NCBI GenBank assembly: GCA_030770535.1
Contig: JASVEC010000013.1
Coordinates: 496,001 to 560,000 of the forward strand
Direction: 5' to 3'
DNA length: 64,000 nt
Origin: Batkoa obscura
Lineage: Eukaryota
The position numbers and the translations under genes were made by a program. Under the pieces are notes generated by a model. The model saw only the letters and a program-made list of their open reading frames with translations, was not told the DNA's origin and searched no databases. This document shows positions 1-10,872 of this stretch, in pieces; the stretch's first letter is position 1; every line of letters begins with the position of its first letter.

Positions 1-123
1 GTATATAGATAAAAAGAAGATGAAAAGAAATCAATTATCAAAATAATAATCAAAAAATAAACTTATCATAAGTTTTAAATTCAATTTACAATATTTATTG
101 TAATAATAACAATATAATTTATA

Positions 124-3100
124 ATGTTTAAAAAGAAAAATAAAGAAGTTGCCGTTGTTGATGAAAAGTCAAAAGTCGAAGAAAAAGGAGAAGTTATTGT
201 TCCAGTTCCATTACTAAAATTATGGGCTTTTGCTACCACTAAAGATGTATTTATCATTTTCTTAGCTATTGTATGTTCTATTTTGAATGGTGTAGCTCAA
301 CCTTTAATGTCTTTAATCTTTGCTGGTGTCATTAATATGTTCGCTACTTTTGCCCAACAAACCCTAAAAGATCCAGTAGGTGCTGGCGAAACTTTACAAA
401 ATGACGTCAATGGGTTATGTTTACAATTTGTTGGAATTGGTATAGCTACTTTAGTTACCGCTTATGGTCAAATGAGTTTATGGATGGCTGCTGGTGAATT
501 ACAAGCAGTTAGAATTCGTCATCGTTATTATCGTGCTATTTTATCCCAAGAAATGGGTTGGTTTGATTCCTCCTCTTCTGGTGATATTTCTTCAAGAATT
601 TCAGGTGATGTTAATTTAGTTCAAGAAGGCATCTCAGAGAAAATCGGTTTAATGATACAATATGTATCCACTTTTGTTACTGGTTTTGTTATTGCTTTTG
701 TCAAAGGTTGGAAATTAACTTTAGTTTTATTGGCCGTTGTCCCTTTATTAGCTGGTTGTGGTGCATTTATTGCTAAATTAATCTCTTCAAAATCCGCCGG
801 TGGTCAATCAGCTTATGGTGAAGCTGGCTCTGTTGCTGAAGAAGTATTTGCTGCTATTAGAACTATTCATTCGTTTGGGTCTCAAAAGCGTGAAGTTGAT
901 CGTTATGAAACCAAGATCTTTAAAGCACGTAAAGATGGATTTAGGAAAGCCATTATCACTGGGTTAGGTATTGGTACCATTTTAACCATTTTATTCTTTA
1001 CTTATGCCCTTGGTATGTGGTATGGTGCTAAATTGATTGATGAAGAAAACTATGGTCCAGACTCTGTATTAGCTGTTTTCTTTTCAGTGTTGATTGGAGC
1101 CATGTCTATTGGTCAAGCTGCTCCTTCTTTAACTGCTCTTGCAACTGCTCAAGGTGCAGCAGCCAAATTATTCCAAGTAATTGAGAGAGAATCTTTAATT
1201 AACCCATTTACATGTACTGAGGAAATGAAGAGTTTACAACAAAAAGTAGGTGATTTTGCTGGTAATATCAAATTCAATGATACCCGGTTTTCTTACCCAA
1301 GTAGACCAGAGGTTGAAGTTTTAAAGGGAGTTAATTTAAATATCGATTCTGGTACTACTGTAGCTTTGGTCGGACCTTCTGGATCTGGTAAAAGTACTAC
1401 AGTTGGTTTAATTGAACGTTTTTATGATGTCAATGGAGGTTCAGTTACTATTGATGGTATTAATATAAAAGATGTCAGTATCGAGTTTTTAAGAAGTCAT
1501 ATTGGTATTGTTGGTCAAGAGCCTATTTTATTTGCTACTACCATTAAGCAAAATATCTTATTTGGTTTACCTAATCATGAGTACAATGTTAATATAGATA
1601 GCTCTTTACAAAAAAGAATCGAAGATGCCTGTAAATTATCCAATATCCATGATTTTATTATGAGCTTACCTAAAGGTTATGATACCCAAGTAGGTGAAAA
1701 GGGTTCCTTATTATCTGGTGGTCAAAAACAACGTATTGCTATTGCTCGTGCTTTGATTAAAAATCCAAAAATTTTATTATTAGATGAAGCTACCTCTGCT
1801 CTTGACTCTGAATCTGAAAAATTAGTACAAACTGCTATTGATAATGCAGCTAAAAGCCGTACAACGGTTGTAATTGCTCATCGTTTATCAACAATCAAAA
1901 ATGCTGATAAAATTGTAGTATTTGATCATGGACATATCAGAGAAGAAGGTAGTCATGATGAATTATTAAGCAGAGGTGGTATCTATGCTGGATTAGTAGA
2001 ATCTCAAAAGATTCGTACAGAGGATAAAAAGGATAACGATAGTGATAAAGGAATGGACGTAGTACCCATTACTAAGAAGAAATCTTTAGTAGTAGAAAAC
2101 GAATATGGTGATATCGCCATTGATATTGATGGCAGTGAAGATAACGAATTAGATGAAATTGAAGATACTGGTATTATTAAAGCAGTAACTCGTAAGAGTA
2201 CAATTAAAGATGTCCAAAAACTAAGAGAAGAAAAATTAAAGAAAGAGCCATTACCTATTCTTCGAGTATTCAAAATGGCTACCCCATGGTCAGGATTAGT
2301 ATTTTTAGGATTAGTTGGTGCTTTAATTGACGGTGCTATTATGCCTATCTATTCTTTAATCCTTACTAGAGTATCTAAATCTTTTATTGATATTAAGATA
2401 CCTGAATTGCACGATACTGGTGTTAGTGATTCTAATTTTTGGGCTTTAATGTTTGTTGTCTTGGGCGTTATTTCGTTCTTTGCTATCAATGCAAGAATTG
2501 GGGCTTTAGAACACGTAGGTGAATCCGTAACTTATGATATCCGTTTAAATTCATTCAAAACCCTACTGAGTCAAGAGATTGCTTATTTTGATAATCCAAT
2601 TAATAGCGTTGGTATCCTCTCTTCTAAACTTTCTACTGAGGCTGAACAAATCCAAGGTTTAATTTCTAAAGTAACAGGCCCTATCATTATGGCTATTTCC
2701 ACTATGTGCGTTGGTTTAGGTATCGCTTTTGCTAATGGTTGGAAGTTAACCTTAGTTGTTTTGGCTTGTGTACCTGTCATTGCTTTAGCCAATGTATTAC
2801 AGATGCGTATACTTACTGACGTAAACGTTAAAACCAAAAAGAGTTACGAATTAGTATCTCAAATTGCCAGTGAATCTATTGTTAACATTCGTACTATTGC
2901 CGGGTTAACAAAAGAAAACGTATTCTTTGATGATTATATTACTCGTGTTAACATAGCTCATAAGTCCGCCTTAACTGGTGCCATTAAAGCCTCCTTTGGT
3001 TATTCATTATCTATGGGTTCTCCTTTCTTAATCAATGCTTTAGCTTTCTGGTATGGTACTACTTTAGTTGTTGCTGGTGAATACGATTTCACACAAATGT

Positions 3101-4017
3101 TCCAAGTTATAACTGCTGTATTATTTACTGGTATTGCTTTAGGACAATCTTCTTCTCAATTAACTACCTTTGTTAAATCAAAAGTAGCAGCCATCGATCT
3201 CTTTGAGTTGTTAGATCGTCAACCAGCTATCAGTTGTAGTGAAGATTATGGTACTCGTCCAGCTAAATTGTTGGGCAACTTGGAATTAAAGGATGCTAGA
3301 TTTTCTTATCCTACACGTCCAGATGCTCCTATCCTTCAAGGTTTAGATCTTTCCATTTTAGCTGGAAAAAAGGTGGCTTTAGTAGGTGCCTCAGGCTCTG
3401 GAAAATCTACTGTCATTGGATTAGCTCAGCGATTCTATGACTTGAACTCTGGCTCATTACATATAGAAGGGACTAATATTAAAGAATGGAATTTGCCTTA
3501 TTTAAGATCAGGTATGGCCATAGTAGGACAAGAACCAGTTTTATTTGATTTAACTATCAGAGAAAATATAGCTTATGGTAGACCTGATGCAAGTGAAGAA
3601 GAGATTATCAATGCTGCTAAGATGGCAAATGCTCATAACTTTATTTTGGAACAACCTGAAGGTTATGATACTAGAGTTGGTGAACGTGGTGGTAAATTAT
3701 CTGGTGGTCAAAAACAAAGAATTGCTATTGCTAGAGCCGTGCTCTTAAATCCTAAGTTATTGTTATTAGACGAAGCTACCTCAGCTTTAGATTCCGATTC
3801 TGAAAAAGTAGTACAAGTTGCATTAGATAAAGCTGCAGAAGGTAGAACAACAATTACTATTGCTCATCGTCTTTCTACAGTACAAGATTGTGATTGTATT
3901 GTAGTAATGAAGTTGGGTAAAATGGTTGAAATGGGCACTCATGAAGAATTATTAGAATTAAAAGGATATTATTATTCTTTGGTTACGCAGCAACAATTGA
4001 CTAAAGAGGAGGAATAG
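124..4017 (+). CDS. Full-length ABCB (MDR/P-glycoprotein-like) transporter, TMD-NBD-TMD-NBD, intronless
   Basis: 1297-aa ORF with two Walker A motifs (GPSGSGKST, GASGSGKST), two LSGGQKQRIAIARA signatures, LLLDEATSALD Walker B, and two multi-TM domains. Confidence 0.97.
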   Translation: MFKKKNKEVAVVDEKSKVEEKGEVIVPVPLLKLWAFATTKDVFIIFLAIVCSILNGVAQPLMSLIFAGVINMFATFAQQTLKDPVGAGETLQNDVNGLCLQFVGIGIATLVTAYGQMSLWMAAGELQAVRIRHRYYRAILSQEMGWFDSSSSGDISSRISGDVNLVQEGISEKIGLMIQYVSTFVTGFVIAFVKGWKLTLVLLAVVPLLAGCGAFIAKLISSKSAGGQSAYGEAGSVAEEVFAAIRTIHSFGSQKREVDRYETKIFKARKDGFRKAIITGLGIGTILTILFFTYALGMWYGAKLIDEENYGPDSVLAVFFSVLIGAMSIGQAAPSLTALATAQGAAAKLFQVIERESLINPFTCTEEMKSLQQKVGDFAGNIKFNDTRFSYPSRPEVEVLKGVNLNIDSGTTVALVGPSGSGKSTTVGLIERFYDVNGGSVTIDGINIKDVSIEFLRSHIGIVGQEPILFATTIKQNILFGLPNHEYNVNIDSSLQKRIEDACKLSNIHDFIMSLPKGYDTQVGEKGSLLSGGQKQRIAIARALIKNPKILLLDEATSALDSESEKLVQTAIDNAAKSRTTVVIAHRLSTIKNADKIVVFDHGHIREEGSHDELLSRGGIYAGLVESQKIRTEDKKDNDSDKGMDVVPITKKKSLVVENEYGDIAIDIDGSEDNELDEIEDTGIIKAVTRKSTIKDVQKLREEKLKKEPLPILRVFKMATPWSGLVFLGLVGALIDGAIMPIYSLILTRVSKSFIDIKIPELHDTGVSDSNFWALMFVVLGVISFFAINARIGALEHVGESVTYDIRLNSFKTLLSQEIAYFDNPINSVGILSSKLSTEAEQIQGLISKVTGPIIMAISTMCVGLGIAFANGWKLTLVVLACVPVIALANVLQMRILTDVNVKTKKSYELVSQIASESIVNIRTIAGLTKENVFFDDYITRVNIAHKSALTGAIKASFGYSLSMGSPFLINALAFWYGTTLVVAGEYDFTQMFQVITAVLFTGIALGQSSSQLTTFVKSKVAAIDLFELLDRQPAISCSEDYGTRPAKLLGNLELKDARFSYPTRPDAPILQGLDLSILAGKKVALVGASGSGKSTVIGLAQRFYDLNSGSLHIEGTNIKEWNLPYLRSGMAIVGQEPVLFDLTIRENIAYGRPDASEEEIINAAKMANAHNFILEQPEGYDTRVGERGGKLSGGQKQRIAIARAVLLNPKLLLLDEATSALDSDSEKVVQVALDKAAEGRTTITIAHRLSTVQDCDCIVVMKLGKMVEMGTHEELLELKGYYYSLVTQQQLTKEEE

Positions 4018-4762
4018 AAGCTCATTTACTGGTTTATAATTTTATTAATAAATAATAGCATATTTTTTTAACTTATAAATTTTTTTGTTTTTTTGGTTTA
4101 ATAATTGAGCATAAATTTATAAACAAACTAATACTATAATAATAACACAATATAATTTTATTTTAAATGATAGATTATCAAAAAAGGTTTGTTGAATCGA
4201 AACATTCAAGAAATAACAAACAACCTAGTTCAAAATACAATATTTTTAATCTATCAAATTTATCAAGAAAGTAATTTAAACAAAACTGGTGTAAAATTTT
4301 TCCTCAATAATTCAAAACGAAAAATAAACAAATAATAAAATTTATAAAGGAAGTTGTTATATTTTGACCATAACTATTTTAATTTACGCTACTAAGTTTT
4401 ATACTTTGTTTACTTTATCTAAAGTATTGTTCCGATATTTTGATCAGTTTGTTTATGTTTCTTTCCTGAGATAAATGTGGTGTTAAAAATACTGTAAAGT
4501 TTCTTGCACTACCAAGAATTCCGAAAAGATTTAAAAAACTATGATATATCAATTTCACTGACTATTGCCCAATAACCTATTAATTCCGAAAATCTTTAAA
4601 TTATATATTAATATTTATCTAAATAATATACAATAGGTCCTAGTATGGTGTATTTTTACTAATTTCACTGTAGCTTATTAATAATGATAGAAAAACAAAT
4701 GCTTTAATAAAATTTTAAGCATTAAGATAAAAATAATGTCAATAATAAAATTTATTTTAGTT

Positions 4763-4860
4763 GGGGATGTATTTTTGTGTTTAAGAATTTTACTAACAAT
4801 TTTTTCACTCAAATAGCGCTTAAAAGAAGGAAAAAGTGATGAAGCCAAAAAAAACACCCC
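4763..4860 (+). mobile_element. ~98-bp MITE copy 1, TSD AGTT
   Basis: agtt|ggggatgtatttttg...aaaaaaacacccc|agtt; shared core aagaattttactaacaat...caaatagcgcttaaaa. Confidence 0.9.
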
Positions 4861-5391
4861 AGTTGAATAGTATTGAATAGTATTGAATGGAAAAATAAAA
4901 TCAATTAAAACAAGCTATAGTTAAAAGCATGGCTTTTATTATATTAATTCTATTATATAATATTTCAGTATATTTACTTATAGTTTTATAACTTACTATA
5001 TTAAACAAATTTGATTCGGATAGCATAATAAGAGTAAAAATTAAAATATCATGGTTGCTTTATAGTTAATAGATACAATAATTATATAAAAACTACTTAA
5101 TTAATAGAATTTCTTAAATATTTAGTAAAAATAATCAATTGAACTACTCTGGCTTTATGAAATTTAATTATAGTAAATAACCACTTTTTCCTAATCTTTA
5201 TGTGATGTAAACACATTACAACAATATAGCTAATAATTTGTTTCAAGAACATTTATTTCAACATGTTGGCTAAATTGCTTTATTTAGAGATTTCAAAAGT
5301 ATCAATTATTAATAATAATATAACATTAAGTAACTATGTTGAAATGAAAAAGTATTTAAGATAAGTGGGTGTAAAAAAAACATTTACAAAA

Positions 5392-6825
5392 ATGAATTTT
5401 AGATTATTTCAAATTTCAATAATATTTCTATCCGTAATGGCTGAGCCATATTACGGTGGATTGTTAAAAGTAAATAATGGTGTGTTAAAGAAGTTTAAAG
5501 TTTTTAGGAGTGGAGGTTCAACGGAGCAATGGTTTAATCAATCTTTAACCCATGATGGCGGCCCAGATAGCAGAAAGTTTTGGAAGCAACGTTATTTTGT
5601 AAATGATCAATATTACCAACCAGGCGGGCCTGCTTTTCTTTATGTAAGTGGCGAAGATGAACTCGATGGTAGCTGGGCACAATATTCACTTTTAGCTAAA
5701 GCAGCTGAAGAACATAAAGGAGTCGTATATGCTTTAGAACATCGGTTTTATGGACAATCTCATCCTAAACCTGATTTAAACCTTGACAGTTTGAAATACC
5801 TTACTTCTGATTTGGCTATTGGCGATTTGGCTACCTTTGTTCTAAATATTACATTACCACAATCGAGTACCAATGGGACTAGTAACTCCAATACTAAATG
5901 GATAATTGGGGGTGGAAGTTATGCAGGAAATATTGCTGCTTGGGCACGTTCTATATATCCAAACATCTTTTATGGAGCAATTGCGTCCTCTGCGCCAGTT
6001 GAAGCAAAAGAAAACTTTTATGAATATGATTTGCAGGTTCAAAAATCAATTGTTGTAAATGGTGGACAAGACTGCTTAAATTATTACATTGAAAACATTA
6101 AAGCAATTGATCATGTATTGTTTAGTGGTGACGAAGTTAAGATCAAAGCTTTAAAGGAAAAATTTAATTGTGCAGATGTTGATAATAGATATTTTGTTAG
6201 CAGTTTAGGCCAAATTGGTGGTATAGTTCAGGATAGCAACAACACTAAAATTAATATTGCCAATCATTGTAAATCATTGCATTTAAAGGGATCGGGTGCC
6301 GAAAAGTTAAATGATTTTGCTTTAAATTTCAAAAAAATCCTTGGAAGAAATACATGTAAAAGCTTTACTGACTTTTCCCATTATAGTTCTACTCGCCAGC
6401 CTGCCCCTAATGAATCTACACGTCAATGGTTCTATCAATCTTGTAATGAATTCGGTTACTGGCAAGTTGCACCACCAAAAAACTTTCCTTCATTGAAATC
6501 TCGCCTTTTTGATGTTGCTTTTAATCGTGAATCAATTTGTAGTACTGTTTTTGGCCCCAAAGGGCCTGCATATCCCAATATCAATGAAACCAATAAAAAA
6601 TATCAAGGTAAAAGCATTAGGTTTGATCGATTGTTGTTTGTTAATGGGGAGCTTGATCCATGGATTCCACTTTCTGTTACTAATTCAACGGATAAACTAC
6701 AATCTATAATTATCAAAGGAGCTGCGCATTGTACTGATTTAGCTTATCCAGATTCAAGTGACACACAATATGTTGCAGAAGCAAAGAGAAAAGTTCTTGA
6801 ATTTATCAGAAACATATTAAAATAA
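5392..6825 (+). CDS. Secreted serine peptidase family S28 (Pro-X carboxypeptidase-like)
   Basis: Signal peptide from ATG 5392 (the ORF track starts at an upstream GTG); WKQRYFVND, EHRFYGQS, catalytic GGSYAG, NGELDPW and AHCTDL motifs. Confidence 0.93.
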   Translation: MNFRLFQISIIFLSVMAEPYYGGLLKVNNGVLKKFKVFRSGGSTEQWFNQSLTHDGGPDSRKFWKQRYFVNDQYYQPGGPAFLYVSGEDELDGSWAQYSLLAKAAEEHKGVVYALEHRFYGQSHPKPDLNLDSLKYLTSDLAIGDLATFVLNITLPQSSTNGTSNSNTKWIIGGGSYAGNIAAWARSIYPNIFYGAIASSAPVEAKENFYEYDLQVQKSIVVNGGQDCLNYYIENIKAIDHVLFSGDEVKIKALKEKFNCADVDNRYFVSSLGQIGGIVQDSNNTKINIANHCKSLHLKGSGAEKLNDFALNFKKILGRNTCKSFTDFSHYSSTRQPAPNESTRQWFYQSCNEFGYWQVAPPKNFPSLKSRLFDVAFNRESICSTVFGPKGPAYPNINETNKKYQGKSIRFDRLLFVNGELDPWIPLSVTNSTDKLQSIIIKGAAHCTDLAYPDSSDTQYVAEAKRKVLEFIRNILK

Positions 6826-7896
6826 ATGGAATAAAAACAATAACTACAAATATTCGATGTCTATACTTAAACTTTATTAAGTAGGTAAACTAGTATCATT
6901 CACAATAATATTGAGATGCTTCAGCTATGATTTATAAAGTTCTCAGGGGCCTTAACAGTGGTTTCAGCATTTTTGAATCCATATTGTTATTTTGTTTAAT
7001 CAAAAATAAAAACAAAGTTTTCAAATACAAAAATAATCGTATCATTGATTCAAAGGTCTCTGTTAAGAATTGTTATTGTCATTAAAAAATTGGATTATCT
7101 GAGTTTTACTAAAAAATGGGCTGTTACTGTGCAGTTCTATTGTCTGATTAATTTCTCTTAAAAATGTACTATTTGTAGGGTATGACAATAATCTTAAAAA
7201 CCTGGTAATCCAGAAAAAGGGGCTCCGATATCTCCGATAGTTATGATTGTTGCTTTACTTATTTTGAATTTAAAAATTACAAAAACAAGTCCAACCATAG
7301 AAAATATATAACTCACTAATGGTAATAGTGTATAGTTAGGTAGTCTGATGAATACCTTATACTTTGTCCTTGAACTGTTACTACCACTATTTGCTCCTCA
7401 CTTATTCAATACACTCTTTTTTAATGCCAAATAATGATTGGTCATAATTTAAATACTAGTCATATAAATACAGAAAATATAGGAAAGAGCGCTGGCCCAA
7501 ATTTGGTTGTAACCCTCCATACAACTATATCTCCTTTTATCAAAAACCATACCCATCAGTCGTTTTTATTTTATTAAATGCTGCTAATAGTGTGCCTTGA
7601 AAATAAGGATGATATACTATAAATCAACGTTATCATGTGTAGTTTGATCTCAAATTACGGTTTATAGATAATAAAAATATAGAAATGGTTGAGGTATAAA
7701 GTATCATAATCCATTGATGGAGTTTACATTTAGCTGGTGTCAAAGAAGCAAAAATAAGTATAATTCAAGATATTGAATCTGATAAATCGCTTATTAAAAA
7801 AGTGCGTAAAAGTATATGAAACTTATTAAGTTCAAAGCAAAATACTTTTTAAATTTTAAATTGTTAAAAATTGATAGATTTTCTTTAATAAAATAT

Positions 7897-7994
7897 GAGG
7901 ATATATTTTTATGTTTAAGAATTTTACTAACAAATTTTCTACTCAAATAGTGTTTAAAAGATGGAAAAAGTGATGAAATCAAAAAAATATCCCC
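7897..7994 (+). mobile_element. MITE copy 2, TSD ATAT
   Basis: atat|gaggatatattt...aaaaaaatatcccc|atat. Confidence 0.88.
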
Positions 7995-10029
7995 ATATTT
8001 AAAATGTTTCACTTAATTCTATTAGAAAACTGTCTCAACCTTTTAAATAATAAAATAATAGTCTTTACATAATGCGTTTATAATAAAAAAAGGTAATCTA
8101 GAATATATAATCTACTTTAACAAACTAATGTGGTACTGTAAAAAATAAGATACGGTTATGAGGCTAAATTTCGATATATTTTTAGAATGATTTTAAATAA
8201 ACTCGTATTATGTAATATATTATTTATTGTAGTTATAAGATAAAAATGAGGTAAACGTATAAATATAAAATATAGAAAAGGCATTATGTGGTTTTATTAT
8301 AGATTAAAGTTTAAAAAACTAATGTATATAAAAGCTGTTTTAAGCTCCAAGATTGCTCAAAAATGAGCCCATTATGTAAATTTATTAATATTTTAGTTAC
8401 TTTTTTCCTTTTAAATTCCAAGTAGCGGTATATCCCTTTTTGACATAATATTAAAGATTCAACCATTTTAGCATAACGTTATAATGTACCAAGTATTCTA
8501 TCTAATACGCAATAATTAAGGTTATTAATTTACTATCGCTTATTTCTAATAGCATTGGTAAAAAGAACTTAAATACTTAACTTATCACTATCAAAATAAG
8601 GTGGATAAGGTGGATTATAGATTATGATGGGAAATAAATGATAAAAAAGTAATAAAAATTAAACTTAAATAGTAAATTTAAATAGTAAATTTAAATAAAC
8701 TTTAAAGCTTTTAGGGTCATTCATTATAGCATAGATTCTAGATTACAAACCATACAAGAACCACAATATCGGACTTATATTAAGAATTCTATTTTGGAAT
8801 CATTAGAGTCTCTGCATTTTTATTTATAGAAAATCGTGCTATCTATATCTTTATTTATTTTGTTCATTTTATTCTGAGGTTTTGTGAAATTATGATGATT
8901 TTATTTATTAATAGCAATAGTTTATATTAATAAGAATGGTTCTTTTATTGCTATTATAGTCCATTATATATATCATAACTAATAACTTTGATTTATTAAG
9001 TAAGAAGATTCTAAATTGATTACATTTAGGGTTTATCCTTTACTGGTTAGAAGCTTTTGTTTTTTTTAAAATGAGCCAAGTAAAAAAGATAATTAAAATT
9101 AAAAAATAGCGAAAATTAAATAAGTTTGCACTTATTTTAATAATAACTTATATTCATTATTATTCAAAAATGTAACTTTTTTAAATTATATTAATAGCAG
9201 CGAGTTCTTTTACCTTCGTTAATCAATAAAATGACAGAGTTTTATAACAAGATAGGAACAGTAGTACAAAGATGATTAATATGAACACCTTTAGGGTACT
9301 TTAAAGTGAAGTTAAACAATATAAGCGCTTCTATAAAAATTTAACAAATCCATTAATTTGATCCTCGTGGTTATGTATAAGATAACCCTTTGTGCTCCTT
9401 TTACATTACTATTTATAACAATCAATTCTGCTCTTTTCTGATGTTCTGTTTTATAATAAATTTTGGGACTGTAACCTTTTATGGGTTTGTGAATATTTGA
9501 AAAATATGAAACCATAGTAAGAATAAAGATAAGGTAGTATTACCAAGTAAATAACATCAATTATTATCAAGGTCTAAGATAAAACTTTTGTATATAGTTA
9601 ACATTTATATAACACTACAATAACAGCGAAGAATAAGATGTTTTAAAATAATAATAAAAAGGAGAATTAAAATCAAAAATAGGAATGGAAAAGGGGTTGA
9701 GGAAAATTGTTTAAATATTACAAAATTTATTTAAATAAAATTAAAAAATGTGATTAAGATACATAAACAGGTTAGGTAGATATAAGAAGAATGATGGGAT
9801 ATTACAATATAAACTTTAAGAAAAAATGAATAGTAAAACTTAAATAATTGAAATTGAAACTATTATTATAATACTTTCAACTAATTTTGTTTTTTTGTAA
9901 TGAATTATTATAAATAGTTAATAATAAAAGATATGACCATGCTAGAAAATATAAAATCTACAAAAGATAAAAAATCTGGTGTTTCTCAAAAACTTATAAC
10001 GTCAAATCATAATATCAAAAAGCAATAGC

Positions 10030-10872
10030 CTATTTTTTAGCTACCATTTTCCTTATATGGGTGCGTATATGTTGATTAAGATTATCCGATCTTGAGAATG
10101 CTTTCCCACAATCAATATACGAACAAATAAATGACTTTATAGGATTATGTACTGAATTCAAATGTCTTTTGAGATGCTCTGATCTTTTAAATGTTTTATT
10201 ACATCCTGGTTTAGGGCAATCAAATGGCAAATCACAAACCGGTTTAGTACATTTGCGTTTATTGCGTGTTATTTTAGTCTTAGAATTACCCTGTTGTTGG
10301 TTATCATTTACACCGTTAATATTATTATTATGTAAAGTTGACTCTAAATCCATTTTAATTGGGCTAATTGCTTCTGGAGAAGCTACTTTCTCATTAAATG
10401 AAAATGGTGGTGAATTTAGTGTTATACTGGCTTCACTTCCTTTATTTAATAAACTTGTTTCAATAATACTTGAAGTAGGTGATGAATTACTATTATTCAT
10501 TATTAGTGAGTTATTCATATTGTTCATATTCATGTTGTTACTTGTTAATAATAATTCCGGCATCATTGTTGCAGCAGCAGTAGTGGAAGTCATTGGATCA
10601 TAATAGTTCAACAAATGATAGTTCAAATGATAATTATAAATAGGATGGGGATGAGTAGCCATTACTGGAGGGGGCAATAGGGCCATACCAGAAGAGGAAG
10701 GCGATAGCGAAGAAGACTGATGCTGTAAGTAAAATTGCGAAGATAAAATGGGCTCAAAGTAAGATAATTCATTATTGGTAGCTGCGTTATTTAGGTTTGT
10801 AGCTGAACAGTAATTATAAGGATCTTGTACGTTTATTTCTTGATATAGTTGTTTTTTATTGTACTCTTCCAT
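10030..10872 (-). CDS. C2H2 zinc-finger transcription factor, Msn2/Msn4/Seb1-like
   Basis: Two C-terminal fingers [17 protein letters not shown] and [20 protein letters not shown] after an N/S-rich low-complexity region. Confidence 0.9.
   Translation of the reverse strand: MEEYNKKQLYQEINVQDPYNYCSATNLNNAATNNELSYFEPILSSQFYLQHQSSSLSPSSSGMALLPPPVMATHPHPIYNYHLNYHLLNYYDPMTSTTAAATMMPELLLTSNNMNMNNMNNSLIMNNSNSSPTSSIIETSLLNKGSEASITLNSPPFSFNEKVASPEAISPIKMDLESTLHNNNINGVNDNQQQGNSKTKITRNKRKCTKPVCDLPFDCPKPGCNKTFKRSEHLKRHLNSVHNPIKSFICSYIDCGKAFSRSDNLNQHIRTHIRKMVAKK

Noticed and set aside
6900..7760. Moderately GC-richer intergenic stretch, possibly a decayed gene
   Set aside because: No recognisable frame or in-window homolog found by eye
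7794..8012. Short ORFs 7794-8012, 30698-30907, 46199-46411 and 56811-56993 with mutual similarity
   Set aside because: The similarity comes from translated MITE sequence
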